Numbered from the stretch's first letter, positions 9,991-19,933 are shown. The stretch: 20,000 bases of DNA from Spirogloea muscicola (GCA_009602725.1 WELB01000028.1:211891-231890), one strand, 5' to 3'. The notes: a model not told the origin generated them from the letters alone. Numbers and translations are program-made.

Positions 9991-10390
9991 ACCCAGAAGA
10001 AGTGGCTCTCCCAATGGGGGCAAGGGCTGTGAGAAGCCAGCCCGAAAAGAATTGACAAGGTTCGAAGGGGCCAAAGTACGAGCTAAGCAGCGACTGCGGG
10101 GCCTGAAGAGGCTATGGCAGAACGGGGGAGGATGGACCGCTAGTAGTTACGAGTGATGAGCCTCACATCCGACAGACTAGCTGCCGGTAAACTATCCCCC
10201 TGACGAAAGCCGGAGGCCGGAGACCCAGAGGCGGCGCCCATAGCACGGCCTGCTCGCGTGTGGACGGCGTGGGCAAGGGAGCGTTGGAACGATACAGCCA
10301 GGCGCACGCGGAAGACGGAAGGGGCAAGGGCTGTGAACGCCAGCCCGAAAAGACTTGACAAGGTCCGAAGGGGCCAAAAGCCAAAAGCGC
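9988..10390 (-). mobile_element. Best-preserved 5'-truncated copy of the CRE-like non-LTR retrotransposon (ORF end plus 3' UTR), preceded by another 3'-UTR fragment
   Basis: 10319-10140 translates without disruption to SVFRVRLAVSFQRSLAHAVHTRAGRAMGAASGSPASGFRQGDSLPAASLSDVRLITRNY*. This resembles the C-terminal F.xR[LI]S.x[LI]QR.xA helix of CRE-clade RLE proteins (family recall, not a search). The 3' UTR with hairpin lies at 10075-9998, and a second motif copy at 10321-10378. Confidence 0.65.
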
Positions 10391-10922
10391 TGAAGGAAAG
10401 GAAAGGGGGCCTCAAGGGGACGTACGACGCACTGGCGGCGGAGAAAGGAGGAGTAAGTACACACACAGTCCAGCAGTGGCGGGATAGCCGGAGGCCGCCG
10501 CTCGAGCCGCCTGATCAAGATGGTCGATCTGAATTGCGTTTTGGTGCGTTTCGTGTGAAACAAACGAAGGCCCAATGGCCAAGTACAAAGGCAAGCACGT
10601 TCGAAGACCTACAAAACTCACGGCGGCGGGCGGGGGGGGTTCGGCTCGCCCATCCCTCGTGCCCGAATGCAGAGATTTTATTTGTCCCACGGGCTTTACG
10701 CCTTCCCCCTCCCAGCCCGGTCATCCACCCCCCACACCACCCCCTCCACGGCCATGGCGGCACGGCCCACCCGGCGGCGCCGCGCGCGGCGCGCGTCCGC
10801 CGCGTCCGACGCGTCCAACGGCACGGCCNCGACAAGGACTTACGCGGTCAACCGGCGGCGACGAGAGCGGGTGGCGGCGGCGGCGCCGGCGGCAGCGGCC
10901 TGCTCGGCGCAGCGCCGCAGTC

Positions 10923-13900
10923 ATGCCGCGCCGCGTGGCGGCGTCGCTGGGCCCGGCCTGCCTCGTCTCGCTCGGCTTCCTGAGCCCCGCGGCGTGGGCC
11001 GCCATCGTCGAGGAGGGGCCCGGCTTCGGCCTCGACCTCCTCTGGGTGCTCCTCGCCTCCAACGCCGTGGCCGTCGGCCTGCAGCTGCTCGCTGCACGCC
11101 TCGGCCTCGTCACTGGCAAGACCCTCGCCGAGGTCGCCTTCCGCTCCTCATCTCCGCTGCCTTTGCCGTCGAGCTTTCTGCTGTCTCACCTAAGCGTCCA
11201 CGTCTCGTTGGCCGCTGCCAGTGCCACTGAAGGGACTACTCGGGCCGCTTGCGTCGTCCTGCCTGCTTGATACAAGACGTGAGCATGTTGCACAACACCT
11301 TAGCTCGTGACTGATGATATGCCCGCGTGCCACCGCGCTTTGGCTCACAGATGTGCCGCGAGGAGTACCCGTGGCCTGTCCCCGTCCTACTATGGGCGTC
11401 CTGCGAGGTTGCAATCGTGGCCCTGGACTGCATGATGGTGAGTGCCTGCGGCTCGCGCTCAGCACCTCTCCTAGCAGCACTATCGCTTTAGTGACTGCCA
11501 CTCCCTCAACCCAGTTGAAGCCACTTGCTGACTCGCAAAGGCTTCACGGGTGCTTAGAAGAGAAGAAGCGCCGGTGGGACTGTGGTCTGCTTGGGCTTCT
11601 TGGCTGGCGCCATCCTGTCTCGTGAAGCCACGCAAGAGGGCTGCTGTCCTCGATCCGACAAATCTTTGTCTGGCACTTCACCTCTGGCAGCTCTGAGTAT
11701 GTATGTGTGCGTGTGTGCCCTAGGTCCTGGGCGCTGCCATAGGGCTGAAGCTGCTCTTCAGTGTGCCCATGCTGGCTGGTGTCCTCATTATGGAGCTGGA
11801 ACCAATCCTTACCGTCGCCCTGCCGCACAACCTGCTGGTACTTCACCAGAGCTTCTCTTGCTGCTGCTGAAAGTGCATGATAGAGAATGAGCTTCTGCAA
11901 CTTGCTCATGCCATTGATATGGTGAACGAACACTGCCAATGGCTTGACGAGCAGGAGCACACTTTTGAGCAGGGCAAGGATAGCAGTGTAAGGGCAATCC
12001 GCCAATGCAATAAGTACTGGAGCTCCTTTGCGAGCAGGGGTTATCCTGGTTCTCTTTGGTAGCTGCAGATTGCATCTTTATAAACGTGCAAGCTCTAAAT
12101 TGCTGCGAACTGCTGTCTCGCACTTATTGACAGACTGTCAGGTTTGCGGTGAAGGCGGGGGCCACTGCTTTGGTCATCATCACCATGTGCTTTGTGAACC
12201 AACTCATGCGAACAGGCTCTCCTTTCCTTGAGCTGGACTCGGACTTTTCTGTCTTGGTCCAACAAGACCGTGTCTGGACGGCCATGGCCTTCTTGGGCTT
12301 GAACGTCCTCCCGCAGAATCTCCATCTCCACTCCTTCCTGCCGCAAGTAGGCCAAATTCTGGGGATAAACCTGCTCACACGAGCTCTTTATACATGATAC
12401 TGCACTCATTCTTGCTCAATATCTTGAAGGCATGTCAAATAGATTTCCTTGCACTTATGGCCCTGGCAGTAAGCCCGACGCTTTGCTTGCTCCATGTATT
12501 GTCGGGCCACACCTTGCTTGGCTCGTTCCGCTTCTTGCTCTTATCTGCAGATAAGTAAGTAAGTACTACTCTCCTGCCTTCTTCCCCTGCCATGTGGCCT
12601 CCTCAGTCTTATGCTTTCGTGTTTATATAGGCCCCTCTGGAAAAGTACAGCCTTGTCAGCAAGGTCTACGTGCAGAATGCTGTGGATATCTGTCTCTCCC
12701 TGGGCGTCGGCTTGCTTGCCAATGCAGCAGCCCTTGGGATCGCATCCACAACATTCTATGCAGGAGGGACAGAACCTTCGAATGGCTTTTTCATTCAGGT
12801 GCACTTACTAAACTTGTAGGTACAGTTCACTACCATCAGCATGTGAGCTCTGTGAGTGCACGATCTGCCCCTGATTGTGGCAGGTGCTGCAAGAGCTTAC
12901 CATGTGAATAAAGGCAGGGCAACTCACGGTCTCGTGTAGCTTACAGTGGCTGGCTCCTCTTAATCAAAGGCCTTGACTGTCGTGACTTTTGACTTGATAT
13001 CCTACCCAGGTGTGGGGCAGCACCCTTGCCCCCACATTTGGCGTCGCGCTTGCCACCATTGGCATCATCTCGTACTTGACGCAAGTGCTGTCTGGCCAAG
13101 TTGTGTCCAAGGGCTTCATGGGCATGCAGAGCAAGCCTTGGCTACGGCGGAGTCTCGTCCGTACAGCTGGCGTCATTCTTGCCTGCACATCCCTCAACAG
13201 CCTTGGCGGCGTGGATCGCATGCTGCAGTTGTGCCAGGTCAGGTTGCCATGCTCAATTCCTGCACTGCAAGTGTTTCATCATGCAACAAACAACACAATA
13301 TGTAGCTGACTGCCACTCGGTGAAGCTGACAAAATGTTATTGGACTTGCATCCTTCGGTCCTCAGGTGGTTATGTCTTTGCAGCTGCCGCTTACTCTCAT
13401 CCCTCTGATCAAAGTCACTTCGTCGAAGGTCTACATGGGCCCCTTCCAAATTTCGCGCTTGGCAGCGGCGGCGGCCTGGACGGTGGGCATTCTCATCTAC
13501 GTGACTAACATCATTGTTCTCTTTGAGAACATAGTCGACGACGATGGATCCTCCCTGTCAGGCGATCTGCAGTCAAATCAGGTGGTGTGGGCGACCTTGG
13601 CAGGCTCAGTGCTAGCCAGCGAGTTTATGCTGGCAGCCTGGATGGCCGCCTCTCCGCTCCGACACACGGTGGGGACGCAGCAGCGAGGCTCTCTTGAGAG
13701 TATCGTTGAGGATCAAGCGTTTGTGCTGAAGGCGGTCAGCAGGAAAGAGGCCATACCAGACAACAAGGAGGAGTTACGGCTGCGATTGCGAGGACCAAGG
13801 GCCGCCAATGGCCTGCGTGGCGAACAAACTAGCTTTGACGCACATCAAGGTGCCGAGCAGCCCTCCACTGAGAAACCTGTGGACCGGGTGGTTCCTAAGG

Positions 13901-16900
13901 AGGTGCAGGAGGAGCCACCTTTGCTTGTCCCTGCTCTTGATGGCGACATGCAGGCAATCCATGGTGGTGATGGTAGCTCTGACAGGTTGGCAGTAGGCGA
14001 CTCTGAGGTATCCTGGCACAACCAAGCGTGTGATATAGCGGCAATGCCCGAGATGCCTGTGGGGCAACTTGAGACGGGCACAGCACCTGATCAAGAAGCT
14101 CTTCATGGTGACCAAGTACTGGCAGGTTCTGGCAGTATTGGTAATGGCAGTTCAGAGCAATTGGAGCTGAAGGAGCCACAGCAGGTGCAGGAGTCAGCAT
14201 CGGCAAGCTTGCCAGGCGCCATTGATGGAGGAGCTTTGGACGATGCCTGCGAGCCGAGATCGTTGGAGAAGGGATCCCTGGCCCATGGCAATGACAGGTT
14301 GACTGACGTGCTCAGAGCACCTTCACACGCGATTGAGGACCATGTTGATGGCTTGCCAAATGCCGTTCAGCAGCCCGACATTGCGGATGCGCAGAATGCC
14401 CCCCTGGTCATCCTTGACAAGCCTCAGGAGATGACGCGGGCCAGTGAAGAACGGCGAAGCATGAACGTAGACGAGACTGTGGTGCAGGGAGAGGGCCTGG
14501 AGCAGGCCAAGTCAAGGAGCGCCGCGCTCTATGAGCCAGGGTACGAGCCGAGCATGAGCATGCTTGACATTTTAATCTCAGAGGCGCACAAATATGGGCA
14601 GATCAAGGAGTGGGTTCTGAGATCCGCGCTCAAGAGGCACAACAGAAACGAGAGCATGGAACAGGTGGGCGATTTGGATGCCGGCCCAGCGGACGCGCTC
14701 GAGCTGCATGTCAAGGTACCTGTCCCGGCCGCAGGTGGCGAGCAGCACTACGCCGTAAGCTCTGCTGAAGGAAAGGTCACTCCAGCGGAGGAGCTCAATC
14801 CGTCTCCACCTGTGGAGGTAATGGCTGTGAGCCCTTCGGGAGCGCCATCTCCATCCTCCACCACATCAGAGAGCCAAGAGCCAAGCGTCGCTTCAGTAGC
14901 GGATTCATCGCTTTTTCCTCCAGAGCAAGTGAGCCCCCAACCTCAATGGACCTGATGTCAGCACTCACTCGCCGTGTCTGCTAAGTGAGATGTCATGCAT
15001 GCTGGGTGCCTGCGTCTTGATCATGAGCTGCCTGAGCAGTTGAGCAGTGGCTCATGTGAAAGTTGATAATACTTGGTGCTGGCAGGATGTGCCGCCTGGA
15101 GCGAGGAAATCAGACAAGCTCTCAAGCTCGGCTCCAGCTTGGGTTCCAAGTGTACCTTCGGCGTCTGCAAACTTTGTGACGAGCGATGAGATGGAGCTCC
15201 ACGACACCGACTTGGACGCCGATATTGACCTGGAGGACAGCGGAAACTGGAGCTCGGCGGTGGCAGGCGTGCTGAGGGAGGATCCCACGTCGCCACCAAG
15301 GGCGGGCGCGTCTCCAGCAATCATGCAGACAGGCTCTGCAGTCAAGTCCCAGCCCAGCTGGAGCGTGCAATCCGTGGCGGAGCGGGAGAGGTTGGCACCA
15401 GAGGGTGCCTTGGACCCTGGGAGCCTATCGCGCCTTTCGGGGCTGGGACGGGGCGCGCGGCGGCAGCTTGCAGCTGTGCTCGACGAGTTTTGGGGCATCA
15501 TCTTTGACTTGCACGGGCAGCCTGTGGCTGCGAATAGCGGCGGCCAGCAGCAGCACCTGGCGCTAGGACGAGTGGGAATCAAGGGAGGCAACGGCAGAGC
15601 TGGCGCCCAGTCAGTGCCGCAGGACCAGCAGAATATGGCAGGCATGCCGGGGCTTGCGGCATACAAGCACAGCGGCGAGAAATCTTCAGCGGCAGGGCTC
15701 TCTGGGGCGTTCAGTCGCCAGGCCCCACACACCATCTCGGCGTCTACGCTCCGGCAGTTTGCCAGTGTCTCACGGTTGCCGCACTCTGACGGGCGCGGGC
15801 ATCACAACCATGCTGCCGGGGAGAATGGCAGCCTCTCGATGCCCAACCTGTTCAGTTTGCCCGGCTATCCGGCGAGTGGCGATGCTATCGCTGCGTTGGA
15901 CCGTGGGCAGGGCGCCAACGTGCCCACCTACCAGCTGCAGCGACGAGCCACGTCGACAACATTGGCAAGGATGGGCCTGGACATTGGCAGCCACAGGTAC
16001 GGCGATAGCAACATCAACCTCCATGACATACAGAGGGATGCACAGCTATCGTACTCCCAGGGCTCCATGGGGAGGCCCGGGGGTATGGCCATGTACGGCA
16101 TGTCGTACACTGTCGGGGCCAACTCCAGACAGTTTGACAATGACGTGGAGTACGCAATTGAGGCCCGAGCGCGGCGGCAGGTGCTGGAGCTCATGGAGGC
16201 CTACTTGCCGTTTTCGAACAGGGCCACACCCATGTCGTCGGTGGTAGAGCCGCCGGTACGCTCCTACCACCAGGACAAGGGCCGTAGTTCCTTTGAGAGG
16301 GAACGGCTGCAGGGAGATGGCGGCTGGGATGGTGGGGCGCTCGGTGGGCACCTGGGCTACCATGAACGTCTGTCAGAAGCAGACCCCCCCCCCATGCGTA
16401 GCTTCCAGGCCGACGGTGTGAAGAGCTCAGCGGGGGGGTACAACCCAGAGATGGAGCAGCAAGCAGGGCATGCGAGGGCTCATGCCCGTCGACAAGCGCC
16501 TGGCTTGCATGACTGGAGCGACAGTGAAGGGGCAGCTCGGCCTGGGTATGGGAACCTCGAGGGGGGCCCCCTGTCCTTTGACGACTTGGCGCCATCCCAG
16601 CAGATGCGCGACGCTTTCTCCCTGCAGCACCCGTCCTCCTCTGCCGAGCTCAAGTCGTTCTGGTCCAAGCAGCCTCATGAAACTCTCTTCGGCCCTACGC
16701 ATGATCAGGTACAAGCATTAAACCCTCAAATTAATGCCGAGGCTATGGACAGAGTGCACATGCAGGCAGGTTAGTGGTTGTTACTGTGCTCGGCTTCATA
16801 TATGCTTGGCCTCACGGCATTCACAAATGCTTACCAATAGAGCTGACAGAGCCACATCCACTTCAGAATGCGGTACCATGTGTAGGGTCAGAGTTTGACT

Positions 16901-18314
16901 ACACTCGGGCCATTTTTGGAGGGCGGAATCATTGGCGTGTGCCCATCATTGCTTCCAGCCTTTGCAAGGCATTAACTGACCCGCCTGCCCTGTGTGCTTC
17001 TCAGGGTCAAGCAACCAGCACGTGGTCACAACCTGCAGGTGCGCAGCATGAGCTCGACAATCAGGAGAAAGACGAGTTGCTCATGAGGCTCCGAAGCTGC
17101 CTGCACCAGCTACTCAAGATTGAGGGCTCCAGCTGGCTGTTCCGGTACGAGTGCGGTGCAGACGAGGACGTGATTGCGGCCGTAGTCGATCAGGAAAGGA
17201 AGCTGTACCAGGAGGCTGTCCATCTTGTGGTGAACGGCCAGATGAGCAGCAGGGAGGACAAGGGCCTCACAACTCTAAGCTTTCACAGGAAGCCCAAGGC
17301 CAGCAGCGACAGCATTGGGGGCAAGGAGGCGCTCCCCGTCCTCTCGCCTGCTCAGCAGGTCCTTGCCATGGAGGCGGTGCTACTGGCAGCCTCCATTTGG
17401 GGCTGCGGGGAAGCATGCCTCTGGTCCCCAACGCTCCTGGTCAACTTTGGAGTCTGGTGTGTGCACAGGGTCCTTGAGCTAGCCCAGATGGAGAGCCGGC
17501 CTGAGCTTTGGGGCAAGTACACCTATGTTCTCAACAGGCTGCAGGTAATTGTTAACTGTCAACATTCGAGATTGCTGCTTAAGTACCTCAGAATTTTGCA
17601 ACCTATGCAAGCATTGCTGCACGTGCCACGAATGTTGCAATAGGTTGCTGGTGCAGGCCAGGCAGTTCTTGAGTCCACAATGACCTCGGACGTGCTTGAC
17701 GCTCGACATTCCCTGCTGAATCCCATAGATTCTGTGATGACCTTGGAAGCTCAACCTGAGCACGTGCAGTAGGAGGCGTGCAAGGTCCACGAGCACTTGG
17801 CCAACTTTGACCTTGCTGACGACAATCATGGCTTTGCACGTCTCCACTTGTGCAGGGTATCCTGGACCCCGCATTTTCCAAGCCACGCACCGTGCCTGCC
17901 CTGTGCAAGTGCTTTGGCGACAAGGTGGGGCAGGACGCAGTCTGTGCCCAGCAGTGGGGATCGCAGCACGCGCTGGCCCAGTCCATGGCCGGCGGCTTCC
18001 GGCAGGGTGGCGCCACGCCAGCAACTTCGACGCCATACTCGCGGAGCAAGGGCCCACCAGCATCCGTGTTCCTGGACATAGTGAAGGAGGTGGAGACGGC
18101 GGTGGGTGCCCGGAAGGGCCGCACGGGCACTGCAGCAGGCGATGTCGCCTTCCCCAAGGGCAAGGAGAACCTGGCATCCGTCTTGAAGCGGTACAAGCGG
18201 CGGCTAGGGAACAAGCAGCCAGGTGGGAGCCTCACAACGATGACAGCGTGTGCCAGTAGCACAGGGCCACCACAGCGCCGTGGGCATCAGCATCAGTCAT
18301 GGGTCCGCATATGA
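10923..18314 (+). CDS. EIN2: ETHYLENE INSENSITIVE 2 (Nramp-like membrane domain plus cytosolic CEND), 10 exons, about 1734 aa from ATG 10923; may start at ATG 10754
   Basis: GT-AG exons 10923-11132, 11351-11437, 11724-11837, 12134-12346, 12631-12798, 13010-13237, 13366-14928, 15086-16708, 17005-17544 and 17856-18314 join in frame. Nramp-like TM segments ([52 protein letters not shown]). EIN2 CEND motifs [31 protein letters not shown]…RDAFS…[42 protein letters not shown] and [32 protein letters not shown]. Confidence 0.96.
18183..18206 (+). other. EIN2: EIN2 C-terminal NLS / receptor-binding octapeptide LKRYKRRL
   Basis: TTG AAG CGG TAC AAG CGG CGG CTA in frame. Identical to the conserved angiosperm EIN2 NLS peptide (NOP-1). 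Confidence 0.9.
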
Positions 18315-19385
18315 CATCAACGTTTTAGCAGCGTGCACGAGCCAGCGAGCTGCGGGTGTGCTGCGCCGGCCATCTCCCTCACCCCTCTATAACCAGTTTC
18401 CGTGCACAGCTTTTTGTACAACCTCCTTTTTCCTGCCTTGCTCCCCACTGACGATCAACAGCAGCGGCGTGTGGCCCACGTGCTGCCACTCGTACAGTTG
18501 GCGACTCCTCCCACTCGCATTTGTAGTAAGACTTCAGGTACGCCACATCCTAGTGCAATAGAGTTGGTGGACGATAGAGTTTGCTATTCGGCAAAAAATT
18601 GCCGCATTTTGCTCGCGTCACCAGCAGCTTGTTCAGACCAGTGGTAGAAGTGACAGTCAATCGGTGCTGCTGCGCACCAGCTTCAGTCCAGCCCCCACAG
18701 TGGTGGCACACCTCGGCCGGGGCCAGGGTACCCAAAGGTTCCCCCTGGTAGACGCCTTATACATTCTTTTGCTTTTTAAGAAGCTCAGACTCACACACGC
18801 ATGCCAGTAGAAATGGCAGCCCATCCGAATGCGACATCAGACTTTGCGCTTGCACATCGTGGACATTGCCAAATCTGGAAAAAGATATGGGGGCTGACGC
18901 AGTGACCTGGCAACTCCCTTATGGCAGTCAGTCAGTCAGCCGAAGGTGAGTGGGCCCACCTGGCCGATATGGAGCTCGTGTCACGCGGCAACTACTGGGT
19001 GGAAGCGACTGCGACTATAAGCTGAATGATGGTCCAATAGCGGCTCCTTCAAGCACCCAGGTAGGAGAAGCTGCAAGCTGCACCTGACAAGGTTCGACAG
19101 GCAGCGACTCCCCATGGATTACTACTGAAGCGCGTCACTGCGGCCGCTACGGTCGCCGCCGCTACTATGGCCCCGACTGGGATCCGAGGCTGCTGTTGTG
19201 GCTGTGCATGCCCGCAATGCCTTCGCCGATCCTCCTCCGCACACGCGTGGCGACTCAGACCTGATGTACGCCGGATGCAGCAGAGGGCCGGCGCCCCAGC
19301 TTGCGCACAACACCGATGCTGGGCAGGTTGGGGGCCGGCGTCTGTGGCAGCGTCCCAAGAAAGCCAGAGAGCGGCAGGCGTGGCT

Positions 19386-19933
19386 TCAGGCTTCAGCCTG
19401 AGCTTTGCGCGCGTGCACACGCTTCCCCCACCCGGCCGTCTTGATCGCCTCCATGTACTGTGACACGAGCTCCCGACAGTTCTGCTCGGACGCAACGGAG
19501 CACGCCATGGGGACCCGTCAGGCAGACACCGCCAAGCAGCAGGCTACTAAGTGAAGCAAAGCAAAGCAAACGTAAAGATTAGCTAAACTAAGTGAGAGTA
19601 CCAAGTCAGCTAAGATCCTTTCCTTTAAGGTAGAACGACGTTCTGGGGTAGCTTCGCCACCGCTGTCCCCGCCGCCACAGTCGTCAGAGAGTCCGAGATG
19701 CAGGGTCGGGGATTCGAGCCGGGGCCGCGCACCTGCGTGTGGTTGACGCCCTCGAGGTGGTAGCAGGCGCGGAGGCGGTCGCGCAGGAGCTTGGCGGCCT
19801 CGGCGCGCACCAGCGCCTCGCGCGCCACGTGCTCGCGCTGCTCCAGGAACGCCGCCGGGTCGTCGTGCCGCACCGCCGCGTCGAAAGAGTCCGGCGGGCC
19901 CTCCTCGAACCGCGGCGCGCCGCGGAACACCAT
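19386..19933 (-). CDS. NDUFB10: Mitochondrial complex I subunit NDUFB10/PDSW, 2 exons, 98 aa
   Basis: Exon 1 19933-19733 and exon 2 19481-19386 with a GT-AG intron give MVFRGAPRFEEGPPDSFDAAVRHDDPAAFLEQREHVAREALVRAEAAKLLRDRLRACYHLEGVNHTQ|NCRELVSQYMEAIKTAGWGKRVHARKAQAEA*. Plant PDSW motifs REH..RE, CY..EGVNH.Q.CR.LV..Y and GWGK are present. Confidence 0.92.

Noticed and set aside
10025..10050. Hammerhead ribozyme in CTGTGAG…CCGAAA
   Set aside because: Lacks the invariant CUGANGA core (reads CUGUGA), has no proper stem II, and GAAA is not kept in other copies.
5290..10390. CRISPR array or bacterial REP/BIME interpretation of the palindromic repeats
   Set aside because: Spacing is irregular, orientations are mixed, copies are divergent, no cas or RAYT gene is present, the context is eukaryotic, and the motif is tied to a recurring ORF end.
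12545..12566. Possible micro-exon CAG-ATAA-GTAAGT in EIN2 intron 4
   Set aside because: The 4- and 8-nt options shift the frame and the 12-nt option contains a stop; the flanking exons already join in frame.
15052..18262. Long antisense and alternative-frame ORFs over EIN2 (e.g. 15052-15735, 17479-18177, 17603-18262)
   Set aside because: Shadow ORFs of GC-rich coding exons with no recognisable motifs.
210..18314. Functional cluster of ER proteins (calreticulin, PIG-Y, EIN2)
   Set aside because: They act in different pathways, have mixed orientations and show no shared regulatory evidence; co-location is probably chance.
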